A stretch of 64,000 bases of DNA from Callorhinchus milii (taxonomy: Eukaryota): positions 58,654,001 to 58,718,000 of the forward strand of contig NW_024704743.1 in the NCBI RefSeq assembly GCF_018977255.1. Direction: 5' to 3'. Within the stretch, counting starts at the first letter, position 1. Every line of letters starts with the position of its first letter. A program made the translations under genes and the position numbers. This document shows, piece after piece, positions 12,717 through 25,399 of the stretch. Under the pieces are notes generated by a model that worked only from the letters and a program-made list of their open reading frames with translations, was not told the origin of the DNA and did not search any database.

Positions 12717-13422
12717 AGCACTTTTAATTGACTGTCGCAACATTTCCACATAATTTTCCATTTCACATTTAAATCTTAATTTAATCAGTGCAATTTATGT
12801 ACAGATTGGAAGCATTACTTCTACCTCCTGACATGGAAAAGCGTTATATAAATGTAAATTTGTTTTTGTTGTATTTTATGCTTGCTTTCTTTTATTTTGT
12901 ACATTTATTATAACATTTCAGCACAAGCATTGTTTTCTAAGCTTCCTTTGTATTCCAGAACTTTTTTTAATTTTTTTTAATGTCATTAATTTCCTGCAAA
13001 TATCATTAATTCTCTGTGTATGCAAATCTCCTTAATGTGAAACCCAAATTACAGGTAAAATCTAGCAAGTTAATGAACCCATGTAATTACAATCTCTATA
13101 GCGACTGCAGTCCCCAGAGGACAGTAATGTGATAATACACATCAGTTTAGGCTTTCTTTGGAATGATCGGCTAATAAGGTGAAACCTGATAGTCAAATAT
13201 TTTCCTTATTGAGGATATTCTCCCAGGATAAAACACAAGCACAACTAGATTATGTTTTCATAAACTCCAAAAAATGAAAAGATAATATTATTATGAAATG
13301 AAATATTGAGCAGCATTTTAATTGACTCTTGCAACATTTCCACATCATTTTCCATTTCATATTTAAATCTTACAATTAATTTGATCAGTCCAACTTATGT
13401 GCATATTGGAAGCATTACTTCT
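12717..13422 (+). repeat. Local direct duplication of about 110 bp (12717-12822 and 13311-13422)
   Basis: cagca.ttttaattgact.t.gcaacatttccacat.attttccatttca.atttaaatctta..attggaagcattacttct occurs twice. Confidence 0.85.
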
Positions 13423-13656
13423 TTTCGTTCTCCCACAACATATTTTCTCACAGATATTGATAGGTGTAAATACCAATGTATTTTCACCTCACTACTTCAG
13501 AATGGTACTAATTCAAGTCAACTCTGGATAATAGACCACAAAACATCTAATAGTTACCAACAGAAACAGCTACATTTAAATCATTCTTAAAGAATTGCTG
13601 ATGGAGTATATGTTGAGCCAGTGAGTTTTTTTAATCAACTATTCAATCACTAAGTT

Positions 13657-14072
13657 GTCAGCCTGATTCAGTTGGTAGCCCTTTCACCTCCGAGTCAGAG
13701 CGTTGTGGGTTTAATTCCCACATTGGGACTTGGAGCTCAGACAGTCTAGGCTGTCACTCCAATCTGGTGCTGGAGGTGTCCTGAATTGTTGGATGTGCCA
13801 TCCTTCAGTTGAGTTGTTTAATCAAGATCCCTTCCGCCTCTTCTGGTGAATGTAAAAGATCCCATAGCACTGTTCAAAAAGAAAAGTGTGTTTCTCCAGG
13901 TGTCCTGGCCAACAATTCCCAAATAAAATTGATTGTTTAATTCATAGCTGTTTGTCTGCCTGCTGCATTCGCCTTCAAATACACAGTCACTCGACTTCAC
14001 AGTAAATCCTATGAAGTGCTTCATGATGTTTCGACAACTTAACAAGACGTTGTATCAAATGCAAAGATTATT
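13657..14072 (+). mobile_element. Deu-domain SINE, near full length
   Basis: tRNA head (gattcagttggtagc..gggtttaattccc), Deu core and L2-type tail. Confidence 0.8.
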
Positions 14073-14129
14073 TGTTACATATTCACCTTTTTTTTCCTCA
14101 TCAATTTTTCTGCTCCAATTTTCACTTGT

Positions 14130-14440
14130 GTCTGCTGAAAGTGTCTGCTGATATTTTTCCCTTTCTCCATAGTTTCACTGGTACCCTCCAGCACCTCACT
14201 CAAGGTCCAATTCATCTGTGAGCCTAGACAGTGAGTGTTGGTGGGCAATTCAACCATCAAAACCATAATAGCCTAGCTCATAATGTCCAGCTTCCGTCAG
14301 GAGACAAATTGCAATCAATAGATAGGAATCTTGGCTGATTTTCTCCTCCCTAACCTAGAGACCACTAGGTTAGGGAGGAGAAAATTGCACCTCAACTGCT
14401 ACTCCAAATGAGGTTAGTTAAATGATCACAGACCATAGAA
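14130..14440 (-). mobile_element. LF-SINE-like element
   Basis: Reverse complement contains ctaggttagggaggagaaaatcagccaagattcc and acactcactgtctaggctcaca, recalled as LF-SINE-like body motifs. Confidence 0.65.
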
Positions 14441-14984
14441 TTATTTTACCTCTTCTGAGATTGTGGAAGTAAGTGTTCACTATTTTAAAACAAAGTATCA
14501 ATGTTGACTTGTGCCACAAACTCAGTTCTCAAGATACAGATTAGCTTAAACTGACAATACCGTACCTCCATTATTGGATGCCTGTGGATATTAGCACTTT
14601 GGGGATTTCGTAGTACTCTTCTAAGTAATTGTTCAATCAGTTCCGAAATACAAAGGGTGTATGTGCTATTTGGTTGGTCTGGGCTTTACACAATATCCAA
14701 TCAGGTATAAAAATAGAGAGTTCAGTGAAGATGCAGATCTGACGACTCCCCACTGCGCTCCCAGGTATAGGTAACTGATCAATACTTTATACTCTGGCAA
14801 CCTGGTTGCTCCCATTATTGCGTCTATTGGTAGGGGGTTATTGCTTCTTGTATAAAAATTGACTGTGGAACTATAATAAAGGAAACAATTGTTTAACATC
14901 CAAATTGTGCGCACATTATTTTGCCATTAATTAAATAATAATAGTGTGCTTACTGAGCATAAAACCTTTCACCTTTCTACTTAC

Positions 14985-15012
14985 CTTTTTGCAGCGAATT
15001 TGAAATGTTATT
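14985..15012 (-). other. Candidate 28-nt microexon of an unidentified host transcript
   Basis: Minus strand reads cttttgcttttctttttcctacaaattAG|aataacatttcaaattcgctgcaaaaag|GTAAGT, in non-repeat sequence. Confidence 0.4.
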
Positions 15013-16085
15013 CTAATTTGTAGGAAAAAGAAAAGCAAAAGCTTTTACACAACATGAAATCTGCCTGCCAGCGGAGGTAAAAGATTTAGGGCATAGTAGT
15101 AGAGTTCACTGTGTTGGAATGTGTTGTTAGTCAAGCCTGCTTATGTGTGGTCAGTTTTCTTTAGCTTTTGGCCATTTCTAAATTAATATGCATCAAGACA
15201 TCCAAGTAACAAGTGATAAGAGTATATAGGATAATGGATTCAGGAAGCAATAAGTCATTAATGAGATAGAAAGAATCAAACAAATGTGGTCTTAAATCTT
15301 TTTTGTGATATATGCTACCATTGTAAATTGAACTTGTAAAATACTGTCAAATTACGTCAGCTGCTGAATTGACATAAAGCACATTAACAAATCATGGCTG
15401 TACTCAAGATGTCAGAAAGAAAGATTTCGCTGACAGCTTTTCTTTCAATTCTTGACAGATTACATACTGTGAACTACTACAGGTATATCATTTATCAAGA
15501 AGCACAGCAAAGAGTTTCAGTTGGCTTACGAATATAAAACAACCAAGTTAGATTGTTAAATTTCTTAAATCTTCCTTTCATTTGCCTCCATTGCATTCAG
15601 CCTTAAGCTTTCTTGTCAGTGTAATGTTTTTTGAATTCAATGTTACTTTTAAGTAAAGCTTTTCCACAATCCCTCCAAAGAATTTGTTCTTTATACAGAA
15701 ACGTTCGCTACGCATTATCCTTCAGGTGTCTCTGAAACATTGCCTTTAGCCATTGATTATTTAATTCTCAGGCACACAAGTTGAAAAATGTGAAAGTTGC
15801 GATGTCTAAATCTCTTCAGGAAAGGTCAAAGCTTGCCACAGGGATTTGTGGAAATGGAAAGCTTTGGTTTCATAACTGTGAGGTTTACAAAGGCGAACAC
15901 AGTAATCAAATATGCAGAAAAGGCCTTTGAAAATGCCATGATCCACTTGCTTTAGTTTTCTTACTTTAGTAATCACAGTAGGAATCCTGTCCAAGTTCTA
16001 ATAACCCAGAATATAAACATTGGTTTCTTAGTTGGAAAATGTATTTACTTTAACTTTTAGATTGTTATTGGCAAGGCTAGGATAT

Positions 16086-16375
16086 CTGTTTGGCTTAGTT
16101 GGTAATATTCTGGCCTCAGAGTCAGAAGGTTGTGGGTTCAAGCCCTGGGTTGGGACTTTGACCCTGCAATGCTGGGGTCTTTCGAATGAGATGCTAAACT
16201 GAGGTCTTATCTGCCTGTTCAGTTGGATGTTCAAAATCCCAAGACACTATTCAAAAAGAGAAAGGAATTACTCCCAGTCTCCTAGCCACATCTCCAATAA
16301 AATTGATCATTCACTTCAATGCTATTTGTGTGCAAATTAGCTGCCAGGGTCACCTACAAATACATAGTTACTCAT
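16086..16375 (+). mobile_element. Deu-domain SINE, internally deleted
   Basis: tggcttagttggta..ctcagagtcagaaggttgtgggttcaagccc head plus Deu core. Confidence 0.75.
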
Positions 16376-16389
16376 AAACTGCCAGCAGT

Positions 16390-17300
16390 ACATCTGCACA
16401 AACAGCTTCTCCTCCCGCTCTCACCCGATTCCTGCGGGGTACCCAAGGATCCATCCTTGGCCCCCTCCTCTTTCCGATCTACATGCTCCTTCTTGGGGAT
16501 GTCATCCACAGACATGGGATACATTTCCACATGTATGCGGATGACACCCAACTCTATTTTTCCACCTCTCTTTGCGATCCCCCAGTCCCCTGATGTTCTG
16601 TCAGCCTGCCTGTCAGACATCAGGGGCTGGATGAGCGCAAATCTCCTTCAGCTGAACGTTGACAAGATGGAAGCCATACTCTTTGGCTCTCGTCAACGTC
16701 TAAAATCTCATGGTTCTCACCTCCTCCACCTACCCGACCTCCTCTTAAAATTCTCCGAACCTGTACGCAACCTAGGTATCAGGTTTGACCCCCAATTATC
16801 CTTCCTCCACAACATCCGGTCCCTCACCAGCACTGCTTTCTTCCAACTCCCACGCATCGCCCGTCTCCGCCACTACCTCTCTCCGAAAGCCGCTGAAACC
16901 CTTTGTCACCTCTCAGCTGGACTATTCAAACGCCCTCCTCCCCGGCCTGCCATCCATAAAATCCAGATTATTCAAAACTCTGCTGCCCGCATTCTTACCA
17001 ACACTAAACTCCGTTCCCCGATTACCCCAATCCTTGCCAGACTGCACTGGTTACCTGTCCCAGAGAGGATCGACTTCAAGATCCTCACCCTTGTCTTCAA
17101 ATCCCTCCATTCCTCTGCACCCCCCTACCTCTCTGACCTCCTCTCTCCTCAAAACAGTGCCCGTTGCCTTCGTTCCTTGCGGTCTGGCCTTCTCCTTGTC
17201 CCCTGAGTGCTCCATTCCATCCTCGGCGGCCGTGCCTTCAGCCACTATGCCCCAAGGCTCTGAAACTCCCTTCCTCACTCCCTTCGCCTCGCCCCCTCTC
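16390..17300 (+). mobile_element. L2 RT/C-terminal fragment
   Basis: GVP.GS.LGP, HMYADDTQ, RNLGIRFD and LHWLPVPERIDFKIL across frameshifts. Confidence 0.9.
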
Positions 17301-17307
17301 TTGCACG

Positions 17308-17530
17308 GGTTGGCAAGATCCATGGCTTGGGGACCCCAGAGTGTTCTTTCGGGCAACTGCTGTAGTCTAAGCAGCTAAAACTGCATAGCCTGCCATTGCT
17401 GTCCAGCTACGACCACCCTACCCCTTAGGGCTTTGTCTTGCAGGGTGAACAGGAGCTGAGTGGGCTGATTCCTTACCCCCAGTGAGTAGTCTGCCCTTCC
17501 AAGTTCTGCTGATGAACCAAGCAGCTGGTA
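17308..17530 (+). repeat. Family X copy (A/B junction and part B)
   Basis: ggttggcaagatccatggcttggggaccccagagtg..ctaaaactgcatagcctgccattg, then the reverse complement of 11260-11400. Confidence 0.75.
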
Positions 17531-18708
17531 AAATGCGAAGATAATAATAAGATATTATGAAATGTTCTCCACTTTAGGAATACTGAATTGTGGCCTGAAA
17601 ACAAGAAAAGAAATAAAAGATATATCTGTCTCATTTGCATTTGGTCGTTGACTCATATAATGCTATGAAAAGTAAATGTTCACTATTTACAATTTCATTA
17701 GGAAATGCATTTCAATTCAGCCAGATGCACACTAGCAAAGTGAAAATGTAATAAATATCAACGTATAAGCAAAAATGTCCCAATCTTTTTTTCTAGCATG
17801 GTTATGTGCTATTATGCTTTAATGGTCTTGTGCCTTCAATATACACTTCAGGGAGGGGGGGAAATCACTGCAACAGTGTCATCAGTGAAATCTTCAGTCA
17901 TTAAACTGTCTTCATTACATACACACCCATTAAATTTGGCCAATTATGTCTTGGCAACTTCGTCAGCAGCAAGAACTGGACTTTATAGGGAATGAAACTG
18001 AATTCAAGTGTTAAAATTCAAATCACATTGTGCATAGCAGTCTGATCTAGTGATAGAATGACCGGATTCTAGCACATTCTAGACCAAAATATATCCATGA
18101 ACATCAGAAAAGAACCATAAATGTTATAAATCTTATCCAATATGTTCTCAATTTCAAATCCATAAAAGTGCTACAATGTCATAAACTGAATCCATTTTAC
18201 AGCAAAAAAACCTCTGAGCTTTGTGAAGAAAAGAAAAATAAAACTGTTACCTTGTCCTTGCAAGTGATGTCTTCAGGTTTTACCACCAGAATCTCATGCA
18301 ATAATTGTTAACTCATTCAATGCTACACTGGCATTGCTTTTCACTTGCTGCCTGCAATCTGTGAAGCTGAATTGATGTTGTGCAGCACACTCCCAAGGTC
18401 AAGGACTAAGCTGTGTGCTTAACGGCGTGTGTAGCAATGAATGAGATAGTAGAGTTTGTCGGGTTGCAAAGCTAATATTTGAACATCTGAAGCACTGCAG
18501 TTTCTTACAAATTTTCAAATGCAATCAAGTAACCAACAAGTCAACAGTTGTGAGTGTCATTGAATTGAAGTTGCATTCATTTTCAGGACTAGAAATTTAG
18601 GGGTAAAGTAGTGAAAATTGCAAAATCAATAGTGAGTTATCAGATTACAGTAAATTCTGCCTAGCTCTGCCTTCATGAACTTCCCCCCAACTTCAGTGAC
18701 TATGGTGC

Positions 18709-19256
18709 TGTGGACTTACCGACCCCAGAGTGTGGCTTTTGAGTCCTGGTTCACTGAATACTGACTAATTCTATTTCTTGGTCACCAATAAGAATTATAT
18801 CACTCACTGCAATTTTCACCCCAGTTTGATTTGACATGCTATTACGGTTCGTGTCACTAAGTGGCCTCTGCCACAATATTTCTCCTTTTGCGGTTCTAAT
18901 GGAGCCGTAATTGTTTAGGCAATTGACTAACACTAATAGTGGGCATGTCACCTCAACTGATTCATTTCACATCAATTGAGCCCCCAGCTCAGAGTGTTTC
19001 GCACTTCAGGTGGTTCCTGGTACTAACATCAATATTATTATTCCCCTCGCAGAACTCGACCAGACTTTATAGCAGTTCAGAAGTAGTTTTTATTGAATGC
19101 CCTTACCCTGGCTTAACTCAATCACTATAGCATAAATAAACTGTCACAACATTCAACAGTAACATTTCTATCTAAGAACTATTATAACACTAAGGTCAAG
19201 ACTAGCAGCAATTAATAATTAAAAGAAACCAACCTCAACTGGGAGTTATGCCCACA
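18709..19256. mobile_element. Probable solo LTR (548 bp) abutting the truncated 3' end of the CR1
   Basis: Termini TGTGGACTTA...TTATGCCCACA are imperfect inverted repeats with TG..CA; the CR1 reading frame stops exactly at 19257; flanks gtgc and gtct do not match. Confidence 0.5.
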
Positions 19257-21400
19257 GTCTCATATTGCCTCCCCTCATTCTTTCTACCAAAATGCATTAC
19301 CTCGCATTTCTCCACATTGAAACTCATTTGCCATTTGTCTGCCCATTTTACCATTCTGTCTATGTCTTCCTGCAGTTGGCTACTATCCTTCTCATTGTTT
19401 ACTACCCAACCTAACTTTGTGTTATCCGCAAACTTGGAGATGGTACTTGCTATACCCAAGTCCAGATCATTTATGTATATTAAGAAGAGCAGTGGTCCTG
19501 ACACCGATCCCTGAGGGACACCACTGTACACTTCCCTCCAGTCAGAAAAGCAGCCGTTCACACAACTCTCTGCTTCTGTCTCCCAGCCCGTTCTGGATCC
19601 ATGCTGCCACTGTCCCTTTTATACCATGGGCTTCTATCTTTCTTACAAGTCTTTCAATTGGCACTTTGTAACAAATGCCTTTTGAAAGTCCAAATAAACT
19701 ACATCAACTGCACTACCTTTATCCACCCTCTCCGTTACCTCATCGAAAAATTCTATTAGATTTGTTAGACAAGATTTGCCTTTAACAAATCCATGTTGGC
19801 TGTCCCTAAATAACCCATATTCTTCTAAGTGAAGATTTATTCTGTCCCGGATTACAGTCTCCAGGAGTTTCCCCACTACTGATGTTAGGCTGACTGGCCT
19901 ATAGTTCCCAGGTTTATTCTTCTGTCCCTTTTTGTACAGGGGAGTCACATTGGCCACTCTCCAGTCCTCTGGCACCACTCCTGTGTCCAACGAAGATTGA
20001 AAAATTGTAGCCAAAGCCTCCGCTATTTATACCCTTGCCTCCCATAGTAACCTTGGTTGCATCCCGTCCGGACCGGGCGACTTATCTACCTTCAGCGCAG
20101 TCAACCTTTTCAGTACTTCCTCTCTGTTTATACTTATCCTATCCATTTCCTCTACCCTCTCCTCCGATACTGCGGCATTTGGTGCATCCACTTCTTTTGT
20201 AAAGACAGATGCAAAGTACTCATTCAGCACATCAGCCATGCCCTCTGCCTCCACAATAAGATTTCCCCCTTGGTCCTTAATTGGCCCCACCCTACCTTTG
20301 ATTAGCCTTTTTTTCTTGATATATTTACAAAATATTTTAGAATTCCCTTTAATGTTACCCGCTAACCTTTTTTCATATAATCTTTTAGCCCCTCTTATTT
20401 TCTTTTTCAAACCTCTTCTGCATTTCCTATATTCTATTTGGTTGTCTTCTGTATCTTGGGTTTGACATTTGTCATACGCCACCTTTTTCTGCTTCATTCT
20501 AGATACAATTACCTTTGTCATCCAGGGAGGTTTGGAAGCCCTACTTTTCCCTTTTGTGGGAATGTATCTATTCTGTCCCTGAGCTATCTCATCCTTGAAG
20601 ACTTCCCACTGCTCTTTAGTTGTTTTACCTGCCAATCTTTCTTTCCAGTCCACCTTGGCTAGCTTCCTTTTTAACTCACTGAAATTTGCTTTCTTCCAGT
20701 TGAATATCTTTACCTTAGATGGTTCCTTGTCTCTTTCCATATGCACTCTGAATCTAATGATGTTATGATCACTATTGCCCAGATGCTCTCCCACTGAAAC
20801 CTGCTCCACTTGCCCTACTTCATTCCCCAGAACAAGATTGAGCACTGCTTCCTTCCTTGTTGGGCTGGAAACATACTGATCAAGAAAGTTGTCCTGTATG
20901 CATTTTCGGAATATTTCCCTCTCCTTGCCCTGTGCGCTGTTGTTTTGCCAGTCTATGTTGGGATAATTAAAGTCCCCCATTATCATGACTCTATTGGCCT
21001 TGCATCTGTCTGAGATCTGCTTGCAGATCTGCTCATCTATTTCCTTCCCACTATTTGGTGGTCTATAGTATACCCCTACCAGCGTAACAGCTCCTTTTTT
21101 GTTCCTTAACTCTAACCAGATAGATTCCGTTTTGGGGCCCTCCAGCACCTCAACCCTTTCCACGGCTATAACCGTATCCTTGATTAACATTGCCACCCTC
21201 CCTCCTTTTTTTCCTTCCCTATCCCTCCTGAATACATTGTAGCCAGGAATATTCAGCTCCCATTCCTGTCCTGCTTGAGCCAAGTCTCTGTTACTGCTAC
21301 TACATTGTATCCCCCTATGACCACGTGAGCCTGCAGCGCACCAATCTTGTTTGCTAAACTCCGTGCATTTAGGCACATGCACTCCAAGACCGACTTGACC
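19257..21400 (-). pseudogene. CR1 ORF2 (APE endonuclease plus reverse transcriptase), frameshifted
   Basis: CLNARSL, VTETWL, GVYYRPP, MGDFNYP, GNSDHN, KSPGPDG, NYRPVSLTSVVGK, YLDFQKAF, SGVPQGSV and FADNTKL (FADD changed to FADN); split over ORFs 21253-21474, 20027-21382, 19643-20014 and 19235-19561. Confidence 0.92.
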
Positions 21401-21476
21401 TGTTCTGCGCTTCCCCCCTGTTTTTTTTCTCCATTTTCTAGCTCTTCGTTTTTTGCATTCCCTTCCCCCCTCAAAA

Positions 21477-22567
21477 CTAGTTTAAATCCTCCCCAACAGC
21501 ATTAGATAGCCTGTCTGCAAGCACATTCGCCCCAGCCCTGTTTAGGTGTAACCTATCCATATGATACAGGTCCCACCTGCCCCAGAACTGGTCCCAATGA
21601 TCCAGAAACCTGAAGCCCTCTTTTCTGGACCATTTCTCCAGCCAAGCATTATATGCTTGATCCTGCCGTTCTGGTACTTATTTGCCCGAGGCACAGGGAG
21701 TAATCCAGAGATCGCCATCTTGGATGTTCAATTCTTTAGTATGTTCCCCAGCTTTTGATATTGACCATGTAAAGTCTTAGCACTTTTTTTATCAATATCA
21801 TGGATGCCCACCTGGACCACCACTTCTGGATGTTCTCCTTCCCCCTGAAGAATTTTATCCACCCTTTCTGCGATGTCTAAGACTGTTGCAGCAGGGAGGC
21901 AACATACCATCCTTGACTCCCATCTTCTATTATGGAAACGTCAGTCTATACCTCTCACTGTTGTATCCCCTATGACAACAGCATTGCTTCTGTTACCTAT
22001 GTCCCCCTGTTCAACCAATCGGTTTATGCTGTCCTCCCTGGAGATATCAACACTCTCAATGTTCAGGACAGAGTACCTGTTTCAGAGAGCTACACTACTG
22101 GGGGCATTCTGCCCAGCCCGTCCCCTCTTCCTACCATACCGGACAGTCACCCAGTCATTTTCCGTCTGAACCCTCGGTGTGTAGGGTGGGGTGACCACCT
22201 CTTGAGGTGTCTGGTCCATCAAATACTCACGTCCGTTGAACAAGTTTGAAGCCCAAGGCTCCATCACCCCTCTCACAGGGTTCCCATTATCTGCAGGACT
22301 GATGAAACCATCCTGTCCCCAAGCATTAACCAGATGTAAGCATCTCCCAAGCCTCAGGGGAGTGATGGTTTCCTCCATCATACTGTCCAGGAACCTCTCA
22401 CTGTCCCTGATGGAGCACAGTGTCTGCACCTCGGTTTCTAGGTCAGCTACTCTCAGCTGGAGCTTCCTGAGTTGCAGACACTTGCTGCAGATGAAGTCAC
22501 CCGGGCTCAGGGTGCCCTCCATTAACTCCCACACGTCACACTCCTCGCATTTCACTTGCCACATCAT
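21477..22567 (-). pseudogene. CR1 ORF1 (CxxC..CxxC zinc finger/leucine zipper plus SGNH-type esterase), disrupted
   Basis: CEEC..CSKCLQLRKLQLRVADLETEVQTL, then VIGD..VRG, VCCLPAA.V.DI, VVVQVG..DI and DRLHLN. Confidence 0.88.
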
Positions 22568-22897
22568 CTTCTCACACAGTGATTTTCTTTTTTTTTCTTT
22601 TTTTGTTTTCTTGTTTTTTTTGTTTTAATTTGCTGTCAGTGTTGTAGTTTCTGACAGTTTGTCAATGTTTGTCTTTGGTTCTGCTGTTGAAAAATGAAGT
22701 CACACCAACGTCACTTTTTCTTTTTTTTGTCGCTCTGGCAGTTCAGACAGCTTACCTCAGCCGTTCCTTTTATGCTGATCGCTAGGCCCAGGGTCCGCCT
22801 CCGCTCTGTCCTGATTGCTCTCTCTGAGGGGACGAATATCCTGGTGATGACTGGAAGGGCATCACAACAACCCACAGCAGGAACTCTGTAAATTACA

Positions 22898-23228
22898 GGA
22901 GTCTTGTAGCTCAGTGGTTAGAGCACTCACCTTGTAATCAAGAGGACTCTAGTTCAGTTCTCGGACATGACAAAACATTGGGCAAGTTTCCTTACTCCAC
23001 AAGCCTCTGTTTACCTAGCAGCAAGTAGGAACCCGGCTGTTGGTTGATTGGCGGAATGTTTTTCCGAGGGTAATAATCCCTTCAAAAAAATGAATGCGCA
23101 ATTGTGCGCTCTCGCTTTTCGCCCACAAAGTCTACAGTCAATTCACTTTACAGTATATTCTGTGAAGTGCTTTGAGATGCCTCAAAGATTTGATAAGTGT
23201 TATATCAAATGGAAGGATTATTATTATT
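22898..23228 (+). mobile_element. Young composite tRNA SINE, long variant
   Basis: Same head and tail as 7330, plus the gcctctgtttacctagcagcaagtaggaacccgg segment. Confidence 0.88.
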
Positions 23229-23764
23229 CCCATCTCCCTCATATGAAAGTCTAGCTTCCTCTTGAATACATCTACACTATTTAATTCAAGCATCACTCAG
23301 ACAGTGAGTTCCACAATCTCACTACCCTCTGCGCTATATCAAATCCAAGGATTATTATTATTATTCCAGAAAGAGATTGTATTAAAGCAGAGTTCCCACA
23401 TAATCCCCTTCCAATTACTGATGGGAATCAGTTTTTACAAATCTGTTTGCTTATATTGCGCTTTAAACCCTTGAGAGAATCTTTTTATAAACCAGTTCTG
23501 AAGCATTGACATCTGTGGTATGCCATTGTTTTCTGTGGAGGAGCAGATATCTGAATGCCTTTTTTTAAAACAAAACTTAAAAACAACACAACCAAATTGA
23601 ATAGAAAAGATCATATTGAACCATAAAGGAAGAAAAATAAATGATGTACAGAAAGAGTGAAATGTGATTGTACACAAAGTAAGTTTAGATGGGAGATTGT
23701 TGTATTAGGAATAAATGTGTGACATTTCATAACAGGTTCGATACCACTGAATATTATCGCATCA

Positions 23765-24415
23765 ACAACAAAAACAACACAATTACATTTGTACAGCACC
23801 TTTCAAGTCGGGAGGACATCCCAAGGTCCTGGACAATCAGTGTTTCGGACCCGAGGTGGGGTTCACAGCGGGTGGAGAGCAGGGTGGAAAGGAGGATGAC
23901 CGAAGGCACGGTAGAAAAGGAGAGTCTTCAGACGGGTCTTGAAGGAGGCAAAGAAGGGGGCGAGGTGGAGGGACTGCGGGATGGAGTTCCAGAGGGTGAG
24001 GGCAGAATGGCAGAAGGCCCGCTTACCAATGGGTGGGGGGGGGACACGAGTCGGGAAACGTGATGCAGGCCAGAGCCCGCTGAGCAGAAGGAGAGGGCAG
24101 ATTGTTAGGGGGTTAGGAGGTTGCAGAGGTAGGAGGGAGCAAGACCATGGAAGGCTTTGAAGGTGAGGACCAGAATCTTGAACTGCATCCTCTGTGTGAT
24201 GGGAAGCCAGTGGAGTCGGGCGACGATGGGCGAGGAATTTGGGACATATATGCATGTGACTGCCAGGAAGGTGGAAGGTGAACTAGATGGACCTCAGTCC
24301 TTTTTCGTCTAGCATTTCTTATGTTCTTATGTTATGTTCTTTTGGGGGTGATAGGGTCACGTAGCCTGATGTGGTGAGAGGGCGCGGGCTGCAGAGTTCT
24401 AGATGATCTTCAGTC
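23765..24415 (-). mobile_element. L2 3' fragment containing a CR1-type tail insertion (24244-24340)
   Basis: L2 tail at 23765; insert ends (ttcttatg)n and is flanked by tttggg at 24238-24243 and 24341-24346. Confidence 0.8.
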
Positions 24416-25399
24416 TATTCGGAATTCGGAAGGCCGAAAAGTTATATATCGTGTTTGTAGAAGGAACGTCTCCAGGTGTTCTGTTCCTTTTTAGGAAGAA
24501 TAGTAAACCTTGCTTCTGATATAGCACTTCACAGGATTAGACTGTGCATTTTGTACATTTATGCATTTTGTAGTTGACCAATAGGAACAATCCATATTGT
24601 TTCCTTACACTGTAAGGAAGTGTTAATGATGCAGTTGTTAGAACCAGGAACCAATGAAGCCATTACATGGTGAATTTCTTATCAGTACAGAAATCTCCAG
24701 GCCAACTGTTTCACCTCCAAGGCACCAAATATATTTTGAGGTCTGGTGTTCAATTCCGTAACATTAATAAAGATATTGTTAGTAGTATGAGATTAGTCAC
24801 AAACAATCAAGGTAAATGACAAGTGGGTTAGAATCAGCATTTGGGTGATTAATACACAAATTGGTACCAGTAAGAATAGTTCTGGTGAGAATTCACATTG
24901 GAGTATATTAATGCAGCTTCTCATTCAGTGCAATAGGTGAAAGTCACATCTTGCCAATAAGTGAATAATTTTAAAATTACTGACATTGAATATTGTAATG
25001 AATGTTTGATGGTGGAAGAGAAATGGGACCTAGTTAAAATGAGATATTGTTTTATAATCTAATTCCTTTTCTCAGATAATTATCCTGAATCAATCACTGT
25101 CTGGCTTAGAAATACTAATCAGATTTAAGTTAAAGTCCTGGAGATAATATCTCAAAGTCTGATTTATCTGTAAGGATTGCAAACTCAGCGGCTGTGGCTA
25201 TTTGAAATTATTGCATCAATATTTTGAAACAAAGGGTGATTCATTTTATTTTTAACAAAAACAGATCTTCAAAACCTGAATAAAATGTTTAATAAAGCCA
25301 TACATCTTCACTTTTACATCTCTAAACCTGGGGGAATTGTATTTCATAAGTGTCAAAACTCTTATCAACACAAACAACCTTTGAAGAAAACTGTGCTCA

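Larger units (their letters stand above)
19257..22830 (-). mobile_element. CR1-clade LINE, 5'-intact and 3'-truncated, inactive
   Basis: Ordered 5' UTR, ORF1 and ORF2 (APE then RT) on the minus strand. Confidence 0.93.

Noticed and set aside
17505..17535. ctgatga-stem-aaaa as a hammerhead ribozyme
   Set aside because: GAAA box absent; in other family X copies the same bases form one arm of a simple hairpin
20027..21382. 451-aa ORF as a host gene
   Set aside because: It is the APE/linker part of a frameshifted CR1 ORF2
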